A stretch of 64,000 nucleotides of DNA, from NCBI GenBank assembly GCA_963677495.2, contig CAXXOU010000001.1, positions 320,001-384,000 on the forward strand. Reading direction: 5' to 3'. Positions within the stretch are counted from its first letter, which is position 1; each line of letters starts with the position of its first letter. Shown piece after piece: positions 48,858 through 58,990 of this stretch. The notes beneath the pieces are model-generated. The model saw only the letters and a list, made by a program, of their open reading frames with translations. It was not told the origin of the DNA and searched no databases. This DNA comes from Candidatus Cloacimonadales bacterium. GTDB taxonomy: Bacteria > Cloacimonadota > Cloacimonadia > Cloacimonadales > JAFGVF01. Position numbers and translations under genes: made by a program.

Positions 48858-51161
48858 TTATTTTATCAATACTGCTTTATTAGTATCCACTGTTCTGCCA
48901 TTCACTACAAGTTTATAGAAATAAACACCACTTGCTGAGTTATCAGCATTCCAAGTAAGTGTACCACTATTAATCTGTTCTCTGCTAAGAGGGAACTTTT
49001 CAATTCTCTGACCGAGGATATTGTATATCTCGATTGCTACAGTTTCTGTACCTTTCTTAACAACATCAAACTTGATAGTTGTAACAGGGTTGAATGGGTT
49101 AGGGAAGTTTCTATGTAATTTATTAGCCAAAGTGTGTAACTGGATATCTTCATCGTTACCAACAAAGCTACTTGTACCACTATAGAGCTTGATATTATCA
49201 AGTGTCCAACCTTCATCAACAAGTCTGTCATCACCTGATACATCAGTGAGTGTGAAGTTCAAGTAAACTGTTTCACCTGCATAGTCAGAAAGATCTACAA
49301 GCTTACGGTGCCATGTATCATTCTTTCCTGATTCAGTTGATACTACTGTAAAGTCAGTTCCATTAGTTGAAACTTCAACTGTTACAGGGTCATAGTCCCA
49401 TTCTGTGTAAACTTTTTGCATAAACTCAAGCATTATATTTGCATCAGCAGGTAAAGTGATAGAATTAGCTGTTGTTAAAGCTAAAGCCTGGTTTGCAGGA
49501 TAGAAGTTATAGCCACCATCCCAGGATGTAGTGATTGATGTTGTGTCATAAACATAAGAGGTTTCATCAATAAGAACCCACTCAGGGTTAACTACCCAGT
49601 TGTCCAATCCACTTTCCCAATCCTCTGAGAAGAGCTCAGTAATCGGTTCAAGCTCAACATTGACTACTTCATCACCTGTAAGGTCTAGCTCAACAACACA
49701 AGGATAATAACCGTCATAAGAGAAGATTAACTTGTAATGTCCTTCATAGTTGTTATAAGAGATGTAACCATTCTCAGATTGTATCATCTCTTTCTTAGGG
49801 CTAACAACTTCCATTTGTGCATTCAAAGGTGCACCATCATAGCTAACGTTAGCTGTAATAGTTATAGGTGTCGCAGGGGTAAGCGCAACGTTCTGAATTG
49901 TCCATGTATTTGGATTTACAGCAATAGCTCCGGTTGCTGGAAGATAGCCTTCTTTTTCAACTCTGTAAGTATAGTTACCGGCAAGGATTGCACGCCAAAA
50001 TCGACCGTAACTATCTGTGGTTCTTGGCTTAAGAAATGGTTCTTCTCTTTCCACAATGTAGATACCGGCATCTTCGATAGGTTCATTTGTAGTTGCATCA
50101 GTAATGATTCCTGTGAAGCAAGAGTTTGATTCTACATCCATATGGAACTGAAGAGCTCTCTTAAGTAACCAAGTCATGCCTTCAACAAGCTCAGTAGTAA
50201 TTTCTGATAATGTTGGTTCAAATGGCTGGTGGTTTAAAGTACCTGCTTCTATTAACAACTGATAAATCTGATATTCAGAATAAAGGTAATCGTGCTGAGA
50301 ACCTTTACGTCCGGCTGATGGATATCTCTCATAAGTAGCTGAGCCATCAACTTTACTAATCTGATCTGCAACACCATCACAAAGATGAGCTGCAATATCA
50401 AGGTCAGGTGATGGACGATAATCATACCAATTATATGAATAGTAGCATTTCTCAGAGAAGTTACCTGAACGTGAAGTATGCCACTGGATTGAGTATAATA
50501 TATTGTGATCTTGTAAGAACTGATCTAAAGCCTGTACTTCAGATTCTGACATTGGAGCTTCACCACGATAATAGTCATAAACCTCATAGCCACCTTCAGC
50601 ATACAAAGTATCACCATGTGCCCAGTTAAATGCAAAGTTACGGTTCAAGTCAACACCATCAATATCATATCCAACCGCAGGATTTATATCTAAGGTACCA
50701 TTATTATTAACGTCTCTTTGGTTCTTACGCCAAGATGTGTCACTTCCGTCCATTACAAGCTCCATTCCTTCAGGATTAAGTGTTGGAATTAACCATAACT
50801 CTTCCTGAGCAATCATCTGCCCATAGTTTTGCTGATGAGTTAAGATCTCTTCTAATAATGCCATAACACCTGAGACACCGAGAATCTCCTCTGCATGTAG
50901 CTGACCGCAGATAAGGATTTCTGGCTCATCTTCATCAACTTCAACGTTATCAGAGATTTTAACAGCATATATAGGCATGTTAGTTTGCTGAGAATATCCA
51001 ATGATCTCAACTTTTACGATATCAGGATAATTAGTTTCTGCATCTTGAAGAGCAGTAATTATCTCATCATTTGTGTAGTAATTCGGATCTAATGAGCTCG
51101 GTTGAGCTATTAGTAGACCTGTTAATAGAATGAGCAAAACAAAAAGAATCGAGTTCTTCAT
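48858..51161 (-). CDS. M14 zinc carboxypeptidase with regulatory-like domains and C-terminal FlgD-Ig/T9SS-A-like domain
   Basis: LHAEE (HxxE), PTLNPEG, WRKN, GVDLNRNF, SESE, QWHT, NFPNPFNP. Confidence 0.9.
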   Translation of the reverse strand: MKNSILFVLLILLTGLLIAQPSSLDPNYYTNDEIITALQDAETNYPDIVKVEIIGYSQQTNMPIYAVKISDNVEVDEDEPEILICGQLHAEEILGVSGVMALLEEILTHQQNYGQMIAQEELWLIPTLNPEGMELVMDGSDTSWRKNQRDVNNNGTLDINPAVGYDIDGVDLNRNFAFNWAHGDTLYAEGGYEVYDYYRGEAPMSESEVQALDQFLQDHNILYSIQWHTSRSGNFSEKCYYSYNWYDYRPSPDLDIAAHLCDGVADQISKVDGSATYERYPSAGRKGSQHDYLYSEYQIYQLLIEAGTLNHQPFEPTLSEITTELVEGMTWLLKRALQFHMDVESNSCFTGIITDATTNEPIEDAGIYIVEREEPFLKPRTTDSYGRFWRAILAGNYTYRVEKEGYLPATGAIAVNPNTWTIQNVALTPATPITITANVSYDGAPLNAQMEVVSPKKEMIQSENGYISYNNYEGHYKLIFSYDGYYPCVVELDLTGDEVVNVELEPITELFSEDWESGLDNWVVNPEWVLIDETSYVYDTTSITTSWDGGYNFYPANQALALTTANSITLPADANIMLEFMQKVYTEWDYDPVTVEVSTNGTDFTVVSTESGKNDTWHRKLVDLSDYAGETVYLNFTLTDVSGDDRLVDEGWTLDNIKLYSGTSSFVGNDEDIQLHTLANKLHRNFPNPFNPVTTIKFDVVKKGTETVAIEIYNILGQRIEKFPLSREQINSGTLTWNADNSASGVYFYKLVVNGRTVDTNKAVLIK

Positions 51162-51236
51162 ATTTATTTCTCCTTAGTTAATTTTCATTTGATTTATAAT
51201 AATGCAAATTAGGTTCCGAAATATCTTCATATGTTA

Positions 51237-51845
51237 CTAAGCTCTAACAAATTCGATATTCTCAGTCATTTTTTGAGTAATTGACTCCAGTTCATGAGTC
51301 ATTGATTCAATTGTTTTGCTATTATCACAGTAGTAAGGCTCGCCAAAGTGTATACGTATTTTCGCAAATGGTTTTGGAAAGCGAAACTTATCCCAAGAAT
51401 TAAAGAGCCACTCCCCTTTCACATCAACTGCAACAGGTATTATAGGTCTTCCACTCTTAGTTGCAAGTAATATTGAACCTTTCTTTATCTTATAAAGTGG
51501 ACCCTTTGGTCCATCCGGTGTTATAGCTACAGGCCCTGTCTTTAGGTAATCAAGCATCTTTCTTAATGCAGAACTTCCACCTCTTGTAGATGAACCTCTA
51601 ATCGGTTTATATCCTAGAACTGAGACCGGACCGGCTATTAGTTCTCCATCTTTAGAAGATGATATCAATACTCCGGCATTCTTTTTAGCATTCACCACAG
51701 TCATTGGTATCTGGTTGCGATGCCAAAACATATAGATGCATGGTTCTTTGTAAGTATCGTTGATAACTTCCTTCCGCCATGTCGCATCAAAAAGCTTTAA
51801 CAATCCTGCTGCCAGATACTTCTCAATTGTCAACAATAGGCTCAA
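51237..51845 (-). CDS. DUF374 / lysophospholipid-acyltransferase-like protein
   Basis: FWH, LISSSKDGE, IRGSSTRGG, AITPDGPKGP, SWDKFRFPKPF. Confidence 0.88.
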   Translation of the reverse strand: MSLLLTIEKYLAAGLLKLFDATWRKEVINDTYKEPCIYMFWHRNQIPMTVVNAKKNAGVLISSSKDGELIAGPVSVLGYKPIRGSSTRGGSSALRKMLDYLKTGPVAITPDGPKGPLYKIKKGSILLATKSGRPIIPVAVDVKGEWLFNSWDKFRFPKPFAKIRIHFGEPYYCDNSKTIESMTHELESITQKMTENIEFVRA

Positions 51846-52969
51846 TAGAGAATTCCTCTTATCAGTTCACTTGTTTCTTCAGATGCGGATTTCTCTCCAA
51901 CCACTTCATGTAGTTGTTCAAGTTGCTTCTTTTTCTTATCATAGAACTCAGGTTGATTCACATAATCTTGTAGCGTTCTATAGATAGAGAAACCTTTAGC
52001 ACTATCCTGTATCAACTCAGGAACAATTCCCACACCCATTATTAGATTTGGTAATCCAATGTAATCTAGCTTAATAATTCTTCTGCCAACAGAGTATGAT
52101 GTCTGTGAAGTCTTATAAACGATTATGAACGGATTACCAATAAGAGCAGCTTCCAGAGTCGCAGTTCCTGATGTAACACATGAGACATAACTATGTTTCA
52201 TAAGATTGTAATTATCATTGAATATAAGCTTACAGTTCTCAGATTTCTTATCATCGAAGATAGACATATAGTGTTTTCGATCTACAGATGGAGATAACGA
52301 GAATAGATACTGCATGCTATCATCATCAAACACTTTAACTGCATGCAAATATTCAGGCAAAAGCCGTTTCACTTCCATATCTCTGCTTCCTGGGAAGAAA
52401 GCCATCCATTTCTTATCAAGATCCAATCCATGCTTTTCAGCAAACTCCTCCCTACTGAGTGTGATATTTATCTGTTCCATCACCGGATTACCCACATATT
52501 TTGCCTTTACACCCCGATTTTGTAAATATTCCTCTTCAAATGGCAGAATACATGCAACGAAATCACAATAAGTCTTAATCTTCTTCACTCGATTGTGCTT
52601 CCAGGCCCAAACCTGTGGGGATATATAGTAAAACACTTTAATTTTTAACTGATGTGCAATCTTGGCAATACGGAGATTCAAACCCGGGTAATCTACTAGT
52701 ATCACTAAATCAGGCTTGTTCTGCTCCAACCATTTCGCTATGCCTTTCTCAACCTTTTGAAAGAAATTAAGATGTTTTACTACTTCTAAAAAGCCCATAA
52801 CATTGAACTGTTTAAAAGGATACAACTGTTTCAAACCTTGATGTGCCATCCGGTATCCACCAACACCATAATGCTCAAGCTTATCGTCATGTTCATTAAG
52901 CTTCTGCATAACACATGATGCATGAAGATCACCCGATGGTTCACCTGCTAGCCAGAATATCTTTCTCAT
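51842..52969 (-). CDS. lpxB: Lipid-A-disaccharide synthase
   Basis: AGEPSGDLH, VDYPGLN, YISPQVWAW, ILPFE, PGSR, SGTATLE, IGLPNLI; ATG at 52969 after AAGGAG. Confidence 0.96.
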   Translation of the reverse strand: MRKIFWLAGEPSGDLHASCVMQKLNEHDDKLEHYGVGGYRMAHQGLKQLYPFKQFNVMGFLEVVKHLNFFQKVEKGIAKWLEQNKPDLVILVDYPGLNLRIAKIAHQLKIKVFYYISPQVWAWKHNRVKKIKTYCDFVACILPFEEEYLQNRGVKAKYVGNPVMEQINITLSREEFAEKHGLDLDKKWMAFFPGSRDMEVKRLLPEYLHAVKVFDDDSMQYLFSLSPSVDRKHYMSIFDDKKSENCKLIFNDNYNLMKHSYVSCVTSGTATLEAALIGNPFIIVYKTSQTSYSVGRRIIKLDYIGLPNLIMGVGIVPELIQDSAKGFSIYRTLQDYVNQPEFYDKKKKQLEQLHEVVGEKSASEETSELIRGILY

Positions 52970-53195
52970 AATACTCCTTATTATTTGTATGGTAATTAAT
53001 CTTCTGGATTTATAAATGACAGTCAAGACAAATTTAGACTTCTATGTAATTCTAAAGCAACTCTGTTATCCTTAGAGAATGACTTATACTCGCCAAACAA
53101 AATGGTTGAGAATCTAACGATTAAGAAGTTAACATGTGGAAATCCAACTATGAAAGCCCAATTTGAGAAGTTGAAGAAGTAACCTTATATCTTAG

Positions 53196-53921
53196 TTAAT
53201 CGTCTTCTGAATTGTATAATACTGGGGTTTTATACTTCCATTTATCCCAGAGTTTATCATTGATAAGTAGGTTTACCATAAAGTTTGCAACGTTGATTCT
53301 ACTTACTTTCCCAGAGTCAAAGATAGGACTTCTTATTGTAGATGGACATGCTGTATATTCCGTAACTTTGGGTTCATTTATCAATCCATCAGGCCTTACT
53401 GCAACCCATTCTATGTTTTTAAACTTAGTCCCAACTTTATTTAGAAGGTAATCTAAAGTCAGTTCATTATCGCGATGAGGAGGTAATAGATACCTTAACA
53501 AGGTTACCACAAAATTCTCGCGTGCATGGAATCTCTCATTCTGTTGTTTATTGATACAAGCTGTTGTACTCATCAAAACAAGTTTTATAGTCTTATCTGT
53601 ATCTAATTGACTTATGCAATTAACCACTTTAGCCAGAGCAGCAACTACTAGAGTTCGAGGTTTACCAAACAATCCCTTGAAGGTTAGATTATGCCCAAGG
53701 CATGTCACAACTGCATCAACATCGGCTAAGTATTGTTGCACTTTCTTATCATCAACTTCCAAAATACTAGCTTGAATTATTTCTAAATGCCTATTATCCA
53801 TGATGTTTTTGAACTTATCTGTTGATCTGGCTACACCTTTAACATCAATATTCTGAGCAATTAGCTGTGTAACTACATTAAATCCGGTGGCTCCACTCGC
53901 CCCAAAAACTAAAACTTTCAT
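53196..53921 (-). CDS. NAD(P)H-binding atypical SDR (flavin-reductase/biliverdin-reductase-B-like)
   Basis: KVLVFGASGATG Rossmann motif, WVAVRPDGL, VSRINVANFM. Confidence 0.85.
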   Translation of the reverse strand: MKVLVFGASGATGFNVVTQLIAQNIDVKGVARSTDKFKNIMDNRHLEIIQASILEVDDKKVQQYLADVDAVVTCLGHNLTFKGLFGKPRTLVVAALAKVVNCISQLDTDKTIKLVLMSTTACINKQQNERFHARENFVVTLLRYLLPPHRDNELTLDYLLNKVGTKFKNIEWVAVRPDGLINEPKVTEYTACPSTIRSPIFDSGKVSRINVANFMVNLLINDKLWDKWKYKTPVLYNSEDD

Positions 53922-54094
53922 CAAAACCTCTTTTTCATCTTTCTTGATAACAGGATAATCCTCAATCTCCAGTTAAACCCCTAAAAAATACTTAAAATGC
54001 TATTTGATGCAATAGACTTCGACTTTTACACTCATACTTTTATCCGATAGAATGTCATAATTACTAAAAGCTTTTTTATAACAATCTCCTCAAC

Positions 54095-54823
54095 TTAGTA
54101 ATTATTGATGTTTATCATTCCAAACTCTTCATCAAGCATATTCTTTCTTAACCTCCAATCAGGCATCTGTAATGTTAACAGATTGTAAAACTCTTTGGAA
54201 TGATTTGGATATATAACATGGATTAATTCATGCATTATCACATACTCAATACATATCTTAGATGTTCTAATTAGATTTGTATTAATAGTTATTGTATTAT
54301 TTGCAATAATATAACTTCCCCACCGACTTTTCATTTGCCTAAACTTAATTCTTGGTTTCTTTATTCCATACCTGCTTAAAGATTCAATACTACTATCTAA
54401 AATACTTTTGGTTACAAGCTCTACTCTACTTCTTAACCATTTCTGAAAGAGTTTCCTTTTGAAGTCAAAATCTTTAGGTCTTCTTGTCATGATATAGATG
54501 TATCCTCGATACCATTTGACTAAATCAGACTCCGATTCCACAACTTTCAATCTATATTGCTTACCAAGGTAAAGTATTGATTCTCCGCTAACATAGCTTT
54601 TATTATCTTTGATTGGAAGATAGTTCTCAAACCCCTTGAGCTTTTTGTATATCCAATGGATTTTCTTATCTGCAAAACTTCTTAGTTCTTCAATTGTTAT
54701 ACTCTCATTTGCAGAAATAGTCACTGTTAAATCAGGATGTACTTTTATTGTAATATTCTTTACTGCTCTTCTGATAACAGCAATTGTTATCACTTCTGTT
54801 CCATACTCTAAGACAATATCCAT
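54095..54823 (-). CDS. M48/YgjP (DUF45)-family zinc metallopeptidase-like protein
   Basis: YVSGESILYLGKQYRL, MKSRWGS, EYVIMHELIH...NHSKEFY; coupled to the hsdR stop. Confidence 0.88.
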   Translation of the reverse strand: MDIVLEYGTEVITIAVIRRAVKNITIKVHPDLTVTISANESITIEELRSFADKKIHWIYKKLKGFENYLPIKDNKSYVSGESILYLGKQYRLKVVESESDLVKWYRGYIYIMTRRPKDFDFKRKLFQKWLRSRVELVTKSILDSSIESLSRYGIKKPRIKFRQMKSRWGSYIIANNTITINTNLIRTSKICIEYVIMHELIHVIYPNHSKEFYNLLTLQMPDWRLRKNMLDEEFGMININNY

Positions 54824-57800
54824 TAGAACCTATTCATAGCTATTGTAAGCATGTTACCAATGATTTCATCCATCCTCTCATATGGTATCTCAATTTCTTG
54901 TTCTTGAGTGTAATCATAGAAAAGGTCATCAATTTCTTGTTTAATCTTCTTATGCACTTCCTGATTATCCTGCCAATCAACTTTGATATTCTGTTTAACT
55001 ATACTTACTACCATCAATGCTAATTCAGCTATTTTATCCGGATTAATGTAATCCTTTTTCAATGAGGGGAGTAGTTCATTTATTGTACCAAAGAAAGCTT
55101 GTGCATGACCATTACTTTCTATGCTTTCGGGGTATTTAACATCGCTTTTTCCATCTCGATAGTCTTTCGTGACCTTTCTCATCTCTTGAAGGTATTCAGC
55201 TTCACTAAGTCTTCCCTCTTTATAGCGTCTTAGAATCTCTGCAATTCTTTCAGAGAACTTCATATAATAAGCCGGGTTCTCATTTCGCTTTTCAGTGATT
55301 GATTTTGTTAGACGAGTTCTTATAGCATCTGCTTTTGCTCGTGGAGATTTCAATCTCTCAAGCTCTTTTTCAAAGCCCTCTCTATCCAAAATATCTATAG
55401 GTTTTGTAATATGTAGCACATCCTCTGCTGCAATATAGTTATCCATAAGTTGCTGCATCTTGGCTTCATACTCTTTATGGTCGATTCCATCCGAATATCT
55501 AATCTTTACACTTCGTCTTAACTCTTGGAAAAACTTCAATTCTCGCTTATGGTATTGTATCTGCTCTCTCCCCATCTCAAAGTAGATAGCTTCTGAAGAA
55601 AGGGCAATCCCTACATTTCTTGAATACCTGCAAAGCACATCATAGAACTCATTTCTTCTCTTTTTATCTGCTAGTTTGAGTTCAAAGAGTTCTAAGTCAT
55701 CTCCTCGTTTAACAGGTTTGAAGAAATCCCATAACTGAGCATGAGCTTCTTTTAGGTCTCCAATAATCTTCTTTATATGGAACATCACACCTTGAATATC
55801 TTTTTGCTCAAAATCCTCCAACGCTTCACCACTATACAAGTCTAAGGCTTCATCAAGCTCTACTAGCAGTCCACGATAATCGACAATGTATCCGTAGTCT
55901 TTTCCCTCAAATAACCTGTTAACTCGAGCTATAGCTTGCAATAGCGTATGCTCCTTCATTGGTTTATCAACATATAGCACTGTTGCTCTGGGTGCATCAA
56001 ATCCGGTAAGGAGTTTATCTACAACTATCAATAACTCCAGCTCATCACCTTTGACAAACTCATCCTTGATTATTGTTTCGTAGTCTTCTGCACTTCCATA
56101 TCTCTCCATCATCTCGTTCCAAAACTTGTTAACTTTAAGCTTTGATTCTTCTGATGTATCTTCGTATCCTTCTCGCTGGTCACTACTCGATATCACAACT
56201 GCGCTTCTTAATCTTCCCGATTCTTGGAAGGCTTTATAATACGAGACAGCATCTGCTTTAGAAGATGTAGCTAGCATTGCTTTATATTGAGCACCTTCAA
56301 CTTTATAATGTTTAGTATAGTGTTCTTCAATATCAAAGGCTATTAGGCTAATTCTCTGTGAACTTGAAGCAATCTTCTCGAATCTACTCCATTTTCTCAA
56401 AACTTCCTCTTTCTGCGTTTCGTTCAAGTCTCGAGTGATAGCTTCGATCCTATTATCAATGGCTCTACGGTTCACAGTTTGTTCTATCAGTCTACCTTCA
56501 TACAGAAGAGGTAGTATTGTTCCGTCCTTCACTCCATCCATAATTGTGTATTGATGTATTGGGGTGTTGCTTCCAAACTTCTTAAGTGTATTCTTTAAAT
56601 CAGACTTCATCAGAGGTGTACCTGTAAAGCCAATGTAACAAGCGTTTGGCAACACTTCTTTCATGTTGTTGTGAAGTTCCTTATACTGCGATCTATGACT
56701 TTCATCGACTAAAACAAAGATGTTTTGATTTTGATTGATTGCTTTCTTAGCTGATACACTAGCAAACTTATTTATTACCGTTGTGATAATTTGCTTATTC
56801 TCATCCTTGATTAGTGACATCAGATGCTGTCCTGAGTTTGCTCTTGCAGGCTTCATTCTCGTATGAGCAAAGTTATCCCTAATCTGTTTATCAAGGTTTA
56901 TTCTATCAGTTACAACAATCACACGAGGATTCATAATCTCTTTATCTGCTAAAAGCATTTTAGCAAACATTATCATGGTGATTGATTTACCGGAACCTTG
57001 TGTATGCCAAATCACTCCACCTTGTCTATTTCCAGAAGAGTTAGTATCTTTGATTGTGTTCATCAATGCCTTTATGGCAAAGTACTGCTGATATCTTGCT
57101 ATCTTCTTCTTATCTAAGTCATAAAGCACAAAGAACCTTGTGAATTCAATTAGTCGTTCACGAGAGAATAGGGAGATAATATGTCTATCCTGTTCAGTAG
57201 GAGTTCGAGTTGGTAAGTATTGAGTTAACCTATCCTTCAACCATTTAGAATCGCTAGTTTTGGCTTTATCTAAGTCTTTCCACACAGACCAAAACTTCTT
57301 AGCTGTTCCGCAAGTCGCATACTTAGCTTCGGTTCTGTTTGTAGCTAAGATGACTTGCACAAACTTAAAGAGATTAGGTATCCACTCCTTTTTCTGGTTT
57401 CTGATATTCTGACTTATAGCTTCATTCAAGGGTTTACTCGGTTTCTTACATTCAATCACACCCAAGGGTATTCCATTCACAAGTACTACAAGATCAGGAC
57501 GAGCTGTATCACCGTTATCTCTATCCACACTAAACTCTTCGGTCACATGAAAGCTATTGTTTTCAAGGTTCTCCCAATCAATGTAGTAGAGATTGTATGA
57601 CCTGCGAGTTCCATCCGGCATCTCCTCTTGATAAGTACGCCCCAACATCAGATAATCATATATCTGTTCATTTGTCCTTACCAAGCCTGTAGTTAAAGGT
57701 ATATCCAAGTCCTCAATAGCTTGCTCTATGTTTCTATCGGAGAACTTAAAACTCTCACCCTTGAACTCATAACTATTAAGTTCTTTAAGCTTCTTGCGAA

Positions 57801-57936
57801 GTGTATCACGCATAATAACCCTACCGGTTCCACCTCGTTCCCTCTCGCAATCTTCTCGTTCAATAAACTCATACCCCATACATCGGAGCAACTCCAATGC
57901 CGGACCGTGACTACTATTTTGTTCCGTTATCTTCAT
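54823..57936 (-). CDS. hsdR: Type I restriction endonuclease subunit R
   Basis: RPDLVVLVNGIPLGVIECK nuclease motif, IWHTQGSGKS, DESHRSQY, GFTGTP, KLLTGFDAP, QAIARVNR. Confidence 0.96.
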   Translation of the reverse strand: MKITEQNSSHGPALELLRCMGYEFIEREDCERERGGTGRVIMRDTLRKKLKELNSYEFKGESFKFSDRNIEQAIEDLDIPLTTGLVRTNEQIYDYLMLGRTYQEEMPDGTRRSYNLYYIDWENLENNSFHVTEEFSVDRDNGDTARPDLVVLVNGIPLGVIECKKPSKPLNEAISQNIRNQKKEWIPNLFKFVQVILATNRTEAKYATCGTAKKFWSVWKDLDKAKTSDSKWLKDRLTQYLPTRTPTEQDRHIISLFSRERLIEFTRFFVLYDLDKKKIARYQQYFAIKALMNTIKDTNSSGNRQGGVIWHTQGSGKSITMIMFAKMLLADKEIMNPRVIVVTDRINLDKQIRDNFAHTRMKPARANSGQHLMSLIKDENKQIITTVINKFASVSAKKAINQNQNIFVLVDESHRSQYKELHNNMKEVLPNACYIGFTGTPLMKSDLKNTLKKFGSNTPIHQYTIMDGVKDGTILPLLYEGRLIEQTVNRRAIDNRIEAITRDLNETQKEEVLRKWSRFEKIASSSQRISLIAFDIEEHYTKHYKVEGAQYKAMLATSSKADAVSYYKAFQESGRLRSAVVISSSDQREGYEDTSEESKLKVNKFWNEMMERYGSAEDYETIIKDEFVKGDELELLIVVDKLLTGFDAPRATVLYVDKPMKEHTLLQAIARVNRLFEGKDYGYIVDYRGLLVELDEALDLYSGEALEDFEQKDIQGVMFHIKKIIGDLKEAHAQLWDFFKPVKRGDDLELFELKLADKKRRNEFYDVLCRYSRNVGIALSSEAIYFEMGREQIQYHKRELKFFQELRRSVKIRYSDGIDHKEYEAKMQQLMDNYIAAEDVLHITKPIDILDREGFEKELERLKSPRAKADAIRTRLTKSITEKRNENPAYYMKFSERIAEILRRYKEGRLSEAEYLQEMRKVTKDYRDGKSDVKYPESIESNGHAQAFFGTINELLPSLKKDYINPDKIAELALMVVSIVKQNIKVDWQDNQEVHKKIKQEIDDLFYDYTQEQEIEIPYERMDEIIGNMLTIAMNRF

Positions 57937-57950
57937 AATACCTCTGTTTT

Positions 57951-58010
57951 CTCTTACCTTCCCCCCTTGGAGAGAGGTCGATTTTCGTTCCCCGAAAATC
58001 GGGTGAGGAG
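57951..58010. repeat. Branched palindromic element immediately upstream of hsdR
   Basis: Outer stem CTCTTACC/GGTGAGGAG; inner hairpins CTTCCCCC-TT-GGAGAGAG (imperfect) and CGATTTTCG-TTCCC-CGAAAATCG. Loosely related CCCT...AGAGGGG hairpins occur near 12000 and 43085. Confidence 0.55.
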
Positions 58011-58117
58011 TCGATTAATGTTCTTCTTTTTTATAGGAAAGCTTAAGAATGGTTCTTCATAACTTACAACCTTGAGTCCCATCAACTATTATTCCTATTA
58101 GTTGAATAATTTATTTC

Positions 58118-58145
58118 TTGACAAGTTATTAGTCTTGTCTAGATT
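58118..58145 (+). promoter_or_regulatory. Predicted sigma-70 promoter, antisense to the R-M operon
   Basis: TTGACA (58118-58123), 16-bp spacer, TAGATT (58140-58145); the spacer region overlaps a GACAAG/CTTGTC inverted repeat. Confidence 0.6.
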
Positions 58146-58150
58146 ATATA

Positions 58151-58209
58151 TAGATTCTGAATCTGGCTCGATCCAGATAGGAATCTTCCGGGACGAAAGT
58201 CCCCTTTTT
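58151..58209 (+). ncRNA. Candidate DUF3800-associated small structured RNA
   Basis: Hairpin 1: AGATTC/GAATCT plus ATCTGG/CCAGAT. Hairpin 2: GGGAC-GAAA-GTCCC, then CTTTTT abutting the DUF3800 stop codon. It lies directly downstream of the predicted promoter. Confidence 0.6.
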
Positions 58210-58981
58210 ATATATAGACAATACCCAAATTATCTGATCTTGAAGCTTGTTTGCATAACTTATCCTCATATCTTAAAAAGTAATTTTTACCACCTGTTTT
58301 TCTCATATATGTGTTTGGATATATATATTGATATAGAAGGTATGCCATTACATCTGCAGTCTGGATAAAGTATGAGTGTTCGGAATTTTTTGTCCAAGCA
58401 TCTTCAATAATCATGTCTAATGGAATGTTTCTATATCCTCCTGCGTACATTGAAGTATCGTGAGGAATTGGATTGTATTTCCTCATCTTTCTTGTCAGTG
58501 CTCTAAGCTTCTTATCATCTGTGTGATCACATATTACAATAGATCTTTCATCTCTATCTGTTGATTGCCCAGGTATGTTATGATTCTTCATCGTTGTCTG
58601 GAATCTATTTAAAAGTCTGTCCCAAGCTATCGTAAATACATCAAGATCAGCAGATTTCCCATCTTTTTTTACAACAATATTAAAAATAGTTATATCACAA
58701 GTATTAATGAAGTCAGAATAGTTCCTAAGCATTGAAAGCCTATCGTTCCTAGGGATTTCAGATAATCTATTCCCTGGTTTATTGATCATTCTTGCTGAAT
58801 GAAACTCTTCTTTCATTTTAAAGCCATAGTTGTCTGATAAGCTTTTTCTAAAGCTTACAAGACCATCCAGCATTTCATACCATTTCAATTCGTGGATAAC
58901 AAATCCAGATAATACAAAACACTTACTTGGGGAATTTTCGATTCCACAATCTCCGCTTTCATCAACATAGAGAAGATACAT
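58208..58981 (-). CDS. DUF3800 domain protein (predicted RNase H-like fold)
   Basis: YLLYVDESGD at the N-terminus, EFH, IVICD, and C-terminal SYFIQTADVMAY. Confidence 0.85.
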   Translation of the reverse strand: MYLLYVDESGDCGIENSPSKCFVLSGFVIHELKWYEMLDGLVSFRKSLSDNYGFKMKEEFHSARMINKPGNRLSEIPRNDRLSMLRNYSDFINTCDITIFNIVVKKDGKSADLDVFTIAWDRLLNRFQTTMKNHNIPGQSTDRDERSIVICDHTDDKKLRALTRKMRKYNPIPHDTSMYAGGYRNIPLDMIIEDAWTKNSEHSYFIQTADVMAYLLYQYIYPNTYMRKTGGKNYFLRYEDKLCKQASRSDNLGIVYI

Positions 58982-58990
58982 TAGTTCCTC

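Noticed and set aside
58102..58368. 88-aa + strand ORF over the candidate ncRNA
   Set aside because: Its TTG start lies upstream of the predicted promoter, it has no RBS, and most of it is antisense to DUF3800.
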